From an uncultured Bacteriovoracaceae bacterium (GTDB taxonomy: Bacteria; Bdellovibrionota; UBA2394): a stretch of 64,000 bases of DNA. The notes under the pieces were generated by a model that was not told the DNA's origin, ran no database searches, and saw only the letters and a list, made by a program, of their open reading frames with translations. Where the stretch lies: NCBI GenBank assembly GCA_964622975.1, contig CAZUTA010000014.1, positions 3,267 to 67,266 of the forward strand, in the 5' to 3' direction. The translations under genes and the position numbers were made by a program. Positions 28,384 to 37,903 of the stretch are shown here, piece after piece. Each line of letters starts with the position of its first letter. Position 1 is the stretch's first letter.

Positions 28384-29643
28384 TCAAGCGCGAAGGCCTG
28401 AGCCGCCGGAAAATTGGTAAGATCTCACTAGATAGTAAATCTGGACTATGGCTGTTGCTATCGAAAATGCCCATAAACATGATTGTGGGCTCGGATCAAT
28501 GGCAAAACCTATAAACAAAGCCAGTGGGGTCAATAACCCATTAAAAATTTGAACGATGAAATCTTCCCTCTGCCTTCGCACCAAATAGAACATGAAAGAC
28601 AAGGGACTCGAGATAAATCTCCAAAAAAACATCAGGCATAGTATCTGAGCGTAGTGTCCCGCCTCAAGCCACTGAGAACCGAAGACTTTGGCAATCAGAA
28701 AGGGTCCCCAGAAATAGAGCAGAGAAAAAAACACCAAACTCAAACTCAAGAGAACCCACAAACTCTGCCTAAACACTCGACGGCATTCACCTGTTTCGTG
28801 AAATGCCGCTGTTGCTCTGGTCCGGAAAACCTCGCCAATAGCCGACGCCAAGAACACTAGTGGCACACCCAAAACTCGCATGGTCAAAGAGTACTGCCCC
28901 ACCACTTCTGTGGTGAGATAATGAGTAAGAAAAAAAACAGGTATCTGAGATACAAAAGTGCTCAAGAGATCTGTCGGAAGCGTAAAAATTGGAAAATGTC
29001 TAAACTCGTGGAGAAGGCGCCAGATCTCCTTGCTCATGGGAAGTCGATACTCGAGTTGAAACTTGCGACGTGCAAAGGCAATCAATCCAATAGCGACAGT
29101 TCCCTGTGCCAGCGCCTGGCTCGATATCAAGCTGAGTCCAGAAGCCGAGAGACAAACTCCCAAACCAATCTGCAGTCCAAGCGTGCCAATGGATACAGCG
29201 ACGCGACTCACTGCTATCGATCGGAATGACCGATTGCGACTCAACCAGAACGTAAGGGCTTCAATCACTCCCGTCGAAAATATTCCTACTGCCAGAAAAG
29301 ATGTCCACTCAGCAGTAGGATTTACGACAACCAAATAGAGGCAGACCCCAATTACCGTCATCAGGCTCAATAGAGAGGTCACCGCAAAACAGATCATCAC
29401 TAATCGCTTTGAATCCACTTCCTCTTTGATCATAAAAATGGATTGACCATAGCGTAAGGTCGCACCAGCTCCCAAAAGACTCACGACAGACGCATAAAGT
29501 GCATATTCACCAAAATCAATGGGGCCATAGATCCTCGTCAGAGTAGGTGACAAAAGGATGTTGAGAAGCTGAGCAAATGTGGTTCCACTTAAAAGTGTAA
29601 CGACGTCCTTTAAAAATGATCTGCTCAAAAAGTTTTTCAACAC
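28384..29643 (-). CDS. Second Wzx-like flippase / MOP-family polysaccharide biosynthesis membrane protein
   Basis: 419 aa with about 12 TM helices. Wzx-type N-terminus LLSPTLTRIYGPIDFGEYALY. Confidence 0.5.
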   Translation of the reverse strand: MLKNFLSRSFLKDVVTLLSGTTFAQLLNILLSPTLTRIYGPIDFGEYALYASVVSLLGAGATLRYGQSIFMIKEEVDSKRLVMICFAVTSLLSLMTVIGVCLYLVVVNPTAEWTSFLAVGIFSTGVIEALTFWLSRNRSFRSIAVSRVAVSIGTLGLQIGLGVCLSASGLSLISSQALAQGTVAIGLIAFARRKFQLEYRLPMSKEIWRLLHEFRHFPIFTLPTDLLSTFVSQIPVFFLTHYLTTEVVGQYSLTMRVLGVPLVFLASAIGEVFRTRATAAFHETGECRRVFRQSLWVLLSLSLVFFSLLYFWGPFLIAKVFGSQWLEAGHYAQILCLMFFWRFISSPLSFMFYLVRRQREDFIVQIFNGLLTPLALFIGFAIDPSPQSCLWAFSIATAIVQIYYLVRSYQFSGGSGLRA

Positions 29644-30392
29644 AAGATCGAGGTGATTTCTTCTGGTTTAGGATAGGTAATCAGGACTGCACGGTATTTT
29701 CCATGGAATACAAAATAGCTTCCTGCCGCCACTGCGGAGGCTCCTGCTCGAGCTGCCGCAGCAAAGTCATCGAGCTTACCCGCACCGCCGTGCGCAATGA
29801 CGGGAACTTTTACCGCCTTAGACACTTCTTCGATCAATCTGATGTCGTAGCCGGCCATTGTTCCCTCTCGATCAACAGAAGTCAGGAGAATCTCTCCGAC
29901 ACCTCGAGACTCTAGCTCTCTTGCAAAATCTATGACGTTTGTGCGCAACTTTTGTTGAGCCCGTTGTCCGCAAACTTCGTACCCCCCTAAAAACTTTTTT
30001 CGAACATCAATAGATCCAATGATCGCTTGAGATCCAAATCGCTTTGCAGCTTCTTCTATGAATTGAGGGACCCTTTCAAAGGCAGCCGTATTCACTGAAA
30101 TTTTCTCAACGCCCAGACTTATGATTCGTTCAATCTGCTTTAGATTCTTAACGCCTCCGCCGTACGCAAGGGGCATAAAACACTGGGATGTCATTTGTTC
30201 CAATAGGCTATAGGAAGGTTCACGATTTTCCACACTGGCAGTCACATCCAAAAAGACGAGTTCATCGACGAACTTCTCATTAAAAATTCGAACCGCATTG
30301 ATGGGGTCGCCAATATAAACTGGATCTTTAAACTGCTTAGTTTTTACCAACCCTTTTCCATCGAGCAATAAAACAGGAATAACTCGAAGCAT
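29637..30392 (-). CDS. Imidazole glycerol phosphate synthase cyclase subunit HisF homologue (WbuZ-like)
   Basis: (beta/alpha)8 HisF signature. LLLDGKG...VFLDVTAS near the N-terminus and VIAHGGAG near the C-terminus. No other his genes nearby. Confidence 0.8.
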   Translation of the reverse strand: MLRVIPVLLLDGKGLVKTKQFKDPVYIGDPINAVRIFNEKFVDELVFLDVTASVENREPSYSLLEQMTSQCFMPLAYGGGVKNLKQIERIISLGVEKISVNTAAFERVPQFIEEAAKRFGSQAIIGSIDVRKKFLGGYEVCGQRAQQKLRTNVIDFARELESRGVGEILLTSVDREGTMAGYDIRLIEEVSKAVKVPVIAHGGAGKLDDFAAAARAGASAVAAGSYFVFHGKYRAVLITYPKPEEITSILC

Positions 30393-31486
30393 TACATCTG
30401 GTTTCCAAATGATCTTACGGCATCAACAACCAGAGTCTGATCGGCTTCACTCAGATACGGATGCATGGGTAAACTCAGGACTTCTTTGGCTGCTCTCTCA
30501 GATTCTTTGAGATGCACTCCAGTATTCGAACCTGCAAACAATGGCTGCTGATGGAGCGGAATGGGATAGTGAATCGCGGTAGGAATACCGAGCTTCTGCA
30601 AATGACCCTGAAGGCGATCCCTCTCGGGATGGCGAATGGTAAACTGTGCCCAAGCCGATAGATTGTGATCTAAAACTATTGGAGTCTTCACGTAGGCATT
30701 GAGCAATTTTGTGTATCGAGACGCTACAACTTGGCGCTTCTGAATTTCGTCTTCAAAGACCTCCATCTTTGAGAGTAAAATCGCTGCTTGAAGTGAATCC
30801 AATCGAGAGTTTGTTCCCATTTGAACATGACGATACCTTTGCTCCTGCCCGTGAGAACGAATCCGTTTGATATTGTCTGCCAGTTTTTTATCCGAGGTCA
30901 ACAACGCGCCCCCATCACCGTAGCATCCCAAGGGCTTGGATGGAAAAAAACTCGTACAGGCAATCGTCGTCATTGAACAACTTCGCCTGCCTTTATACTT
31001 TGCCCCAAAACTCTGAGCAGCATCTTCAATAACTGCCAGCCCCTTTTGCTCCGCTATCTGGTTAATCTCATCGAGGGCAGCCACTTGTCCGTAGAGGGAA
31101 ACGGGTATAATCGCTTTCGTCTTGTTTGTGATGACACTCATAAGTGACTCAGGATCTAGGTTGAAAGTCTGAGTATCAATATCCGCAAAAACGGGAGTGG
31201 CTCCCACTAACAAACAAGCTTCAGCCGTAGCAAAGAAACTAAACGCTGTCGTCACAACTTCATCCCCTGGACCAACACCCAGAGCACGAAGTGCGATCTG
31301 CAGTGCATCTGTCCCATTGGCTACAGTGATTGCGTGCCGAACATTGCAAAAGTCCGCAAGCTGGAGCTCCAACTCCTCGACTTCAGGTCCCAAAATGAAC
31401 TTTGTGTGCTGTAACACTCTCTCCATCCGACGATTGAGACTCTCTCGAATTCGTTCGCGCTGGATATTTAAGTCACAAAACTCCAT
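30392..31486 (-). CDS. DegT/DnrJ/EryC1/StrS family PLP-dependent sugar aminotransferase (WbpE-like)
   Basis: Fold-type I sugar aminotransferase. Segments LGPEVEELE...VANGTDAL and SFFPSKPLGCYGDGGAL (the Lys is the PLP site). Confidence 0.8.
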   Translation of the reverse strand: MEFCDLNIQRERIRESLNRRMERVLQHTKFILGPEVEELELQLADFCNVRHAITVANGTDALQIALRALGVGPGDEVVTTAFSFFATAEACLLVGATPVFADIDTQTFNLDPESLMSVITNKTKAIIPVSLYGQVAALDEINQIAEQKGLAVIEDAAQSFGAKYKGRRSCSMTTIACTSFFPSKPLGCYGDGGALLTSDKKLADNIKRIRSHGQEQRYRHVQMGTNSRLDSLQAAILLSKMEVFEDEIQKRQVVASRYTKLLNAYVKTPIVLDHNLSAWAQFTIRHPERDRLQGHLQKLGIPTAIHYPIPLHQQPLFAGSNTGVHLKESERAAKEVLSLPMHPYLSEADQTLVVDAVRSFGNQM

Positions 31487-31492
31487 AAGATC

Positions 31493-32116
31493 CTATACTC
31501 TCAAAAAACCTTCAAAGAGGCCCATTCCGTAATGATGACTTTTCTCTGGATGAAACTGAACTCCAAAGATGTTGTCCTTTTCTACCGCGGCGGCAAAGCC
31601 CTCTCCATATTTTACTCGTGCCACGACATCTTCATCATTTCTGCACTTCATAAAGTACGAATGCACAAAATAAAACCTCTTCTCTGTTGAGCTCAATCCC
31701 AACACTTCGGAATCCCGCCTCTGCTCAATATAAGCCCAGCCCATATGAGGGATCTTGAGTTGCGAGTCCGCTGAGAGCAGTTTCGAAAAATGAAGTACCT
31801 CGGCGTCAATCCATCCCAAACCCTTTAGATCACCCTCATCGCTTCGTTTACCTAGGAGCTGAAATCCAACGCAAATACCAAGAAGCGGACTCCGCTCCTT
31901 TAATACCTTGGCTTCTAAGGCGGGAATTAACCCAGAATGATCGAGTTGAGCTCGCGCATGATCAAAGGCACCGACCCCCGGTAGAATGAATTTTTTGCCG
32001 GCATTGACCTCCTCGGGCGTCCGAGCCAATACAGCTGTTCCGCCAACCCGCTTGATCATATTGGAAATGGCTCCTAAATTGCCCACTCCGTAATCAATGA
32101 TCGTGATTTCAGTCAC
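31493..32116 (-). CDS. Glutamine amidotransferase HisH homologue (WbuY-like)
   Basis: Class I GATase. GICVGFQLL (catalytic Cys) and the HPE motif near the C-terminus. Confidence 0.8.
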   Translation of the reverse strand: MTEITIIDYGVGNLGAISNMIKRVGGTAVLARTPEEVNAGKKFILPGVGAFDHARAQLDHSGLIPALEAKVLKERSPLLGICVGFQLLGKRSDEGDLKGLGWIDAEVLHFSKLLSADSQLKIPHMGWAYIEQRRDSEVLGLSSTEKRFYFVHSYFMKCRNDEDVVARVKYGEGFAAAVEKDNIFGVQFHPEKSHHYGMGLFEGFLRV

Positions 32117-32121
32117 AGAAT

Positions 32122-33318
32122 TTAAACCTCAGACATAATTTCTTTGGAAGCGACTCCGGTAGATGTGGCGGCTGACTCGGTCAAAGATTCTCCCCAGCAG
32201 GAACGAATGACCATTAACGCGTTACAAATAGCCTCTTCAGATTCTGTGCCAACGCCGACCCGAACAAAGTGATCTGTGCTTTCCCCATACGCACTCCCTG
32301 GGACGACAGCAATTTGATGTTCCTCCAAAAGCCATTCTGCAAATTCGAGAGAAGTCTTTTGAGATTTGCTAATGTCGACAAAAAAATAAAACGTTGAAGC
32401 CCCCGCCAAGTACTTGAGCCCAATGGAGTCCATATACTTCGCAATTCGATCACGCTTAAGAACAACATCTCTCACCTGAGGAAGAGTTGCTGCGAGAATC
32501 TGATCAAAATAGTTTTCACAGTATTGTAAGAGTATTGTCGGCGCACACGTAATGAGATGCTGATTGAGCTTCAGAAGCGGAAAAATTGTCTCTTCATTTG
32601 CAATGATATAACCAATCCGCCATCCAGACATTCCCATATTCTTAGAGAGGGAATTTACAACAATAATGTTTTTGAGATCCTTGCGGAGTCGAACAGCTGA
32701 ATAGAACTCATTGCGAATACAAAAGTCCGAATAAGCTTCATCCACAACCAGATAGGCACCACGCTTTAGACAAAGGTCATGAATGATACGAAGGTCTTCT
32801 TCTGTGTAGACACTCCCCGCTGGATTATTAGGATTATTGAGAATCACCAGCTTTGTTCGGTCAGTGAAATAGTTTTCAAAATCTCGAGCCTTTGCCCAAT
32901 AAGGCACTGCCTTTGGAACTCCACGGCAGAGCTTGATTTGCTCGGGATAACTGACCCAGTAGGGTTCAGGTACCAGAGCTTCATCTCCAGGATTGAGTAT
33001 CGCCAAAGACGTCATATAGAGGAGAATTTTAGAACCAGCAGATATGACGAGATTCTTGGATGGATCAAAAGGCGCTTGATAATGAGTCGCGTAAAAATTT
33101 GCAATTCGTTCTCTCAGTTGAGGGAGTCCTCGAGTGTCTGAGTAATGATAGCCTTTGACAAAATCGAGCTTCGAAAAGTCAAACTGGGGTATATCAAAGA
33201 AAGCTTCACCCAGTGACAATACGGTCACGTCAATTCCCAGACGCCTCTTATCGTAGACCATCTGATTGATCCGAATTGAGCCTGCCTCTACTACATTACG
33301 CGCGACATCACTAAGCAT
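32122..33318 (-). CDS. Class I/II PLP-dependent aminotransferase (AspAT-like fold)
   Basis: NPNNPAGSVY...LVVDEAYSDF...SLSKNMGMSGWRIGY, a typical class-I aminotransferase Lys region. Confidence 0.7.
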   Translation of the reverse strand: MLSDVARNVVEAGSIRINQMVYDKRRLGIDVTVLSLGEAFFDIPQFDFSKLDFVKGYHYSDTRGLPQLRERIANFYATHYQAPFDPSKNLVISAGSKILLYMTSLAILNPGDEALVPEPYWVSYPEQIKLCRGVPKAVPYWAKARDFENYFTDRTKLVILNNPNNPAGSVYTEEDLRIIHDLCLKRGAYLVVDEAYSDFCIRNEFYSAVRLRKDLKNIIVVNSLSKNMGMSGWRIGYIIANEETIFPLLKLNQHLITCAPTILLQYCENYFDQILAATLPQVRDVVLKRDRIAKYMDSIGLKYLAGASTFYFFVDISKSQKTSLEFAEWLLEEHQIAVVPGSAYGESTDHFVRVGVGTESEEAICNALMVIRSCWGESLTESAATSTGVASKEIMSEV

Positions 33319-33571
33319 GCTTTCCCCCCCTGCTCTTCAAAAACTCAAAAATCTTTCTGGCACTGGAGAGATCTGATGCCTCTAAGGACTCCAAATCAAT
33401 TCGAACACCGTGGCGATCTTCCATGTCGGAAATCATCTCGATAAAACAGACTGAATCGATCAATCCTGCCTTAAAGAGTTCTGAGTCTTCAGAGACTTCG
33501 CTCCTCACCGCTTCAGGAATATAAGACTTCACTAGTCCGAGTACGTCCTGTGGAGAGCTCAGTCCCATCAA
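33311..33571 (-). CDS. Acyl carrier protein
   Basis: 86 aa, acidic, with GLIDSVCFIEMI (DS is the phosphopantetheine site). Confidence 0.6.
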   Translation of the reverse strand: MMGLSSPQDVLGLVKSYIPEAVRSEVSEDSELFKAGLIDSVCFIEMISDMEDRHGVRIDLESLEASDLSSARKIFEFLKSRGGKHA

Positions 33572-35100
33572 AAAGTCTCCAGCTCGTTTCGAAGTGCCGC
33601 ATCCAAAGCTTTTGACTGAAGCGCCTTTCGATCAGGTTTCCCGCTATGCGTTAGAGGCATGCCATCGACATACATCAAAAACGAAGGCCACTTATATCGT
33701 GCCAGCTTCTCAGCCAAATGACGCCGCATGGAGAGTCCCGCTGCTTTCTCGCGAGAAGGGACACAGACAGTAACACATTCTCCATAAAGAGGGTGGCTCA
33801 TTCCGACACTCATGGCCCCAATAAACTGAGGAACCTCTTCCAATGCACGATCGATCTCATCGAGGGAAATCAGATACCCCCCCTTTTTGATAATATTTTT
33901 GGTTCGTCCTTTATAAACAAGACGATCCCCTGAAACCTCAATGATATCCCCGGTTCCCCAATAGGTATCGAGATCAAAAACTTTCTCTCTCGTCATTCCG
34001 ATCTCGTCTTCTACAACCTCTCCTTCAGCAAGAAACGGCGTCTTTATCTCAAGCTCCCCTGTCTCCGGCTTTACGTGCGCATTCACCCACGGCAGCACTT
34101 CTCCGATACTTGCTTCAATTCGTTTAAATCTTGTGTTGAGAGTCTCTGAAGAAATAAAAGTGGTCTCGGACAGTCCGTAGTTTTCAAGAAGAGAAAAACC
34201 AAGTCGTCTTTCATACTCCACCTTCTCTGAAGTACGGATCGGGCCCATTCCCAAAAAGCCAGCTCGAATAGACTTGGCCAGATCTAAGGGACATATTTCA
34301 TCGGTGCTTTTGGCCATTTTGGCAAGTCCATGAAGGACTGTCGGAGAAAACCAAAGAACATTGATTCCAAACCTTCGGACTGTCGTCCAAAACTTCATCA
34401 ATGAAATGCCTGTAAAACCCTCACCTAAGACGCTGCTCGCACCTACTGAATATGGAATCAATGTGAGATTAAATGTCCCAGCCAAATATGACATTGGATA
34501 AAAATTAAAAAATCTGCAGTTCTCATCAAGAAACTGATGGTGAGAAGAAAAGCTTACCGCAGACGTCCACAAGCGATCCATGGAGATGCGAATGATCTTT
34601 GGCAGACCAGTACTCCCACTGGTAGCAATCAAGAGCTTTCCCGCCTTAAGTCCCTTCTCGCAACTTGTTCCAAGAGAACTTGAAAGGTCTTCCAGATTCA
34701 AACGTATGATTTTTGTCCCAGAGGGAACTTCTTGTACGAACTCATGATCTTTCTGACGATCTTCAAGGCAGAGTAGGGCACTTGGCTTGAGAAGTCGAAA
34801 TGCACGCTGAAGCTCAGACTTAGTACTCTGACATGAAAGCGGCAGGTATTGATGACCAGACCGAGTGACTCCAATAAAGCAAATGACACTCAATGGTCCG
34901 CCAGGAATGAGCGAGGCGACTACATCGCCCGGCTTGAGGCCTTGAGCTCTCAAGATCTCTGCAAGCCCTAGGCTCTTCTTCCTCAGGTCTCCAAATTTAG
35001 TCTCTTCATTCGTGTTCGAATCAACCAAAGCGACTCGGTTGACATAAAGAGTCTCAATTCGCTCAAAATCTTCCGCAAAGTTTTTGAGGTTTGAATTCAT
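33568..35100 (-). CDS. AMP-dependent synthetase/ligase (acyl-AMP/acyl-ACP ligase-like)
   Basis: LLIATSGSTGLPK adenylation motif A3 and the ...TGD... motif. Confidence 0.75.
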   Translation of the reverse strand: MNSNLKNFAEDFERIETLYVNRVALVDSNTNEETKFGDLRKKSLGLAEILRAQGLKPGDVVASLIPGGPLSVICFIGVTRSGHQYLPLSCQSTKSELQRAFRLLKPSALLCLEDRQKDHEFVQEVPSGTKIIRLNLEDLSSSLGTSCEKGLKAGKLLIATSGSTGLPKIIRISMDRLWTSAVSFSSHHQFLDENCRFFNFYPMSYLAGTFNLTLIPYSVGASSVLGEGFTGISLMKFWTTVRRFGINVLWFSPTVLHGLAKMAKSTDEICPLDLAKSIRAGFLGMGPIRTSEKVEYERRLGFSLLENYGLSETTFISSETLNTRFKRIEASIGEVLPWVNAHVKPETGELEIKTPFLAEGEVVEDEIGMTREKVFDLDTYWGTGDIIEVSGDRLVYKGRTKNIIKKGGYLISLDEIDRALEEVPQFIGAMSVGMSHPLYGECVTVCVPSREKAAGLSMRRHLAEKLARYKWPSFLMYVDGMPLTHSGKPDRKALQSKALDAALRNELETF

Positions 35101-36110
35101 AAGACAAACCGTCCTTGCTCTAAAAGTTTAGTGCCATCCACAGAAATTGTTGGCGCCCGAAAAATAAAATCTAAGTGAAATGAAACGACATTCTTTCCAC
35201 CGACCGTGGAATTGGATCCAAATCCACAATGAGCAGTTCCGGCAGCTCCCTCATCAGTGAGCATGATCCCTTGCAACTGAGCATTGTCATTAAACCCAAT
35301 GCCAAGCTCTGCGAGAATCTTCGTTTTCTTTGGATCCTGCATCCGAAACAAAGTCTCTAGACGACCAACGAGTTCAAGATTGTCTGAGGATATGTCTACG
35401 ATCAACCCGTCTTCAATTTTAAGTGTCACCGGAGACTTCAGCAACCCAAAGCCCGGATAGGGAATCGAACCGTCTACAACAAGAATTCCATTGCTTCCAT
35501 CTTCAAGCGGCGAAACATTGGCTTCAATATCTGGCGGTGATCCCAAGTCACCCGCCTTTTCTACAAAACCCGGACAATAATTTCCCACTCGGTCAGAAAT
35601 TGAAATCTCCAAATTGGTCCCCAAAGAAGTCGTTACGTGAATCAGATTCCCTCGAGTAAACAGATCAGCAGTTTTTCGAACGCGATCACTGACACCTCGG
35701 TAATCCGTCAAAAGACAGCGGTCTTGAAGCAGTTCAATTGAATACTCAGGCAGGCTCAAAAAACGCGCGCCAATCTCGCAGGCCGCAATCCGAGCTCGAG
35801 TATGAGCCATCGACTTGGAAGCCATTCCCAAAATCAACGAAGACTCTTTCATGAGATTCAATGTCTCGTCCGGCGGCTCTTCGCCATGCATTCTCGGAAT
35901 CGGAACATGAGACGTCTGAATCATCAGTCCAGAGTCTCTCGCAATTCGAACCACCGCTTGAGCCGCATCGGCCGAGACATCATCGTAAATGATGAGTATG
36001 CTCTCCGAGGCTTTGGCATTGCCGCAGATTTTCAAGAGGCTTAAAACACCAGATCGAAGCGCCTGCGTGTCAGATTTCGGCTGTACGCTAGATTGTATTG
36101 TTTGTGTCAC
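35097..36110 (-). CDS. M29 (aminopeptidase T/AmpS)-like family protein
   Basis: C-terminal EGAAGTAHCGFGSNSTVGGKNVVSFHLDFIF matches the M29 metal-ligand region (E...H...H-x-D). Confidence 0.45.
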   Translation of the reverse strand: MTQTIQSSVQPKSDTQALRSGVLSLLKICGNAKASESILIIYDDVSADAAQAVVRIARDSGLMIQTSHVPIPRMHGEEPPDETLNLMKESSLILGMASKSMAHTRARIAACEIGARFLSLPEYSIELLQDRCLLTDYRGVSDRVRKTADLFTRGNLIHVTTSLGTNLEISISDRVGNYCPGFVEKAGDLGSPPDIEANVSPLEDGSNGILVVDGSIPYPGFGLLKSPVTLKIEDGLIVDISSDNLELVGRLETLFRMQDPKKTKILAELGIGFNDNAQLQGIMLTDEGAAGTAHCGFGSNSTVGGKNVVSFHLDFIFRAPTISVDGTKLLEQGRFVL

Positions 36111-36163
36111 AGCAAACCCCCGTTTATAAATTAACCAACAATGACCTGAGCTGTCGACGAAAC

Positions 36164-37093
36164 TTAAGTCGACAACCCAAAGTCCTTAGGAAGCTGCTGA
36201 GAAGGCTTTGCAACGAGCTTCGCGTGCGGTGGAACATCCTTCACAACGATGGCCCCAATTCCCAAATGCGCTTCTTCTGATAACCGAATTCCGTTGGATA
36301 AGACCGCCGAAGGGCCAATCCACGCATTCTTATCGATGATAGTACTCCCACTGATCGTGACATTGCCTGCGATCAAAGCAGACTCTCCAATATCGCAATT
36401 ATGACCAATGTTGACGAGCGCCCCTATCTTAGTGCCTTTGCGGATAATCGTGGCCCCTAATGTTCCCCGATCGACAACGGAGTTAGCTCCGATCTCTACC
36501 TCTTCTTCTACAATCACCCGCCCAACATGGAGAAATCCTTCGATACCTCCTGTATCATTACGAGAAAAACCAAATCCACTCGAACCCAGCACTACTCCGG
36601 ACTCAATTCGAGCATGACTTCCTATCTCGACACCATCACCCACCGTCACTCGAGACACCAATACCGCTCCCTTTCCAATATGCGCCTTTCCGATTACACA
36701 TCCTGGACCAATAAATGCCGCGGGATGAACGGAGGCATCCTTAGAAACAATGGCACTGGGATCAATGCCCGGAATAACTTTATCAGCAAAAAATGATCTT
36801 AGAATTCTCATAAATGTCAGCCGAGGTTGTGCGCTTCGGATCACCAATCGCGAACCAAAATTACCCGTTGCCCCCTCAGCACAAATAACAACCTTGGCTT
36901 TGGTTGATGACATTAAATCGGATGCATTCTTGAGATGGGGCGAAATCCACGTCATTGAATTCTCATCGGCCTCCGTTGGACTTTTTGCAGAGCTCAACTT
37001 CCATGGCCCTCCACTCCCCTCCACGGTCTCTCCGAGAGTAAGAACTTTTTGCAACTCGACCTCATCAATCACTACGTCACGGGAATTGTTCAT
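36164..37093 (-). CDS. LpxD-like left-handed beta-helix N-acyltransferase (UDP-3-O-acyl-glucosamine N-acyltransferase family)
   Basis: N-terminal LpxD-type domain, then hexapeptide repeats with the IGHNCDIGE catalytic His region. Confidence 0.65.
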   Translation of the reverse strand: MNNSRDVVIDEVELQKVLTLGETVEGSGGPWKLSSAKSPTEADENSMTWISPHLKNASDLMSSTKAKVVICAEGATGNFGSRLVIRSAQPRLTFMRILRSFFADKVIPGIDPSAIVSKDASVHPAAFIGPGCVIGKAHIGKGAVLVSRVTVGDGVEIGSHARIESGVVLGSSGFGFSRNDTGGIEGFLHVGRVIVEEEVEIGANSVVDRGTLGATIIRKGTKIGALVNIGHNCDIGESALIAGNVTISGSTIIDKNAWIGPSAVLSNGIRLSEEAHLGIGAIVVKDVPPHAKLVAKPSQQLPKDFGLST

Positions 37094-37863
37094 CGTTCAC
37101 TCAAGCTCCTCACTTTTTGAATGCGACCATAATCCCAAGTCTTTGACTCAAATCTATAGGGCTGCAAATTTCTCTCTAACTCTTTGTCGAGAAACAATTT
37201 TCGCTCCTCAAGAAAAAGGTTGAGTTTCTGAACGGGAGTCCGAAACTCAGAATCCCACCAAATCGGATGGATCAAAAGCTGAATGGCCCTCTTCTGCTTG
37301 AAGGCCTCATGATCGGCCGGGTAGCCCCCAGGCCAACGCTCCAGTGAATCCGACAAATATGTCGCCTCCAAAAAAAACCGCGGGGCATAAGTGTGTACAC
37401 GATTCTTAAGTTCAACATCAGCACCTAAGAGTTCCCGTACTGGCCGATGAAAGCTCACAGAATGCACGGGCGCACCGCAATAGTGCTCAAGCGTTTCACA
37501 TTCGCTATCGATCGCTCGAGACAGGCGCTCCAATTGCAAATGCGGATAAAGCTCCACATCAAAATGCAACCCAATCTGATGCCCCAAATGAAGAATCTCT
37601 TTCAGAATCTGTAGCGCGCTCAAGCTTCCCAAATTGTAAAATTCAGTTCTCAGTAAAAAAAAGTACGTCGATTTTACTTCGAGCGAGGCCTCCAACCTCG
37701 CCATTTCGAGCGCCCTCTCCAAAGAAACATCCACATCGTGTCTCAGAGCAAGATGCTGCTTCTTGGGATCAAACTCCAAAAAGTTTACATCTTGATAGCC
37801 TTGATTCTTAAAGGCCTTCAGAAGCTCAACATAACTGGCATAAGTAAAGGGAGCCAAACTCAT
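37090..37863 (-). CDS. Hypothetical protein, possible CE4-like deacetylase fold
   Basis: LALRHDVDVS...KSTYFFL resembles NodB motif 1/2. Weak call. Confidence 0.3.
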   Translation of the reverse strand: MSLAPFTYASYVELLKAFKNQGYQDVNFLEFDPKKQHLALRHDVDVSLERALEMARLEASLEVKSTYFFLLRTEFYNLGSLSALQILKEILHLGHQIGLHFDVELYPHLQLERLSRAIDSECETLEHYCGAPVHSVSFHRPVRELLGADVELKNRVHTYAPRFFLEATYLSDSLERWPGGYPADHEAFKQKRAIQLLIHPIWWDSEFRTPVQKLNLFLEERKLFLDKELERNLQPYRFESKTWDYGRIQKVRSLSER

Positions 37864-37903
37864 AACCCTCCAGGAGAATGACCCAGTAAACCAAACTCAG
37901 CTT

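Noticed and set aside
29637-32116. hisH/hisF as genuine histidine biosynthesis genes
   Set aside because: No hisA, hisB, hisD, hisG or hisI are nearby. They are embedded among sugar-modifying genes together with WbpG, which is the known WbuY/WbuZ-type arrangement.
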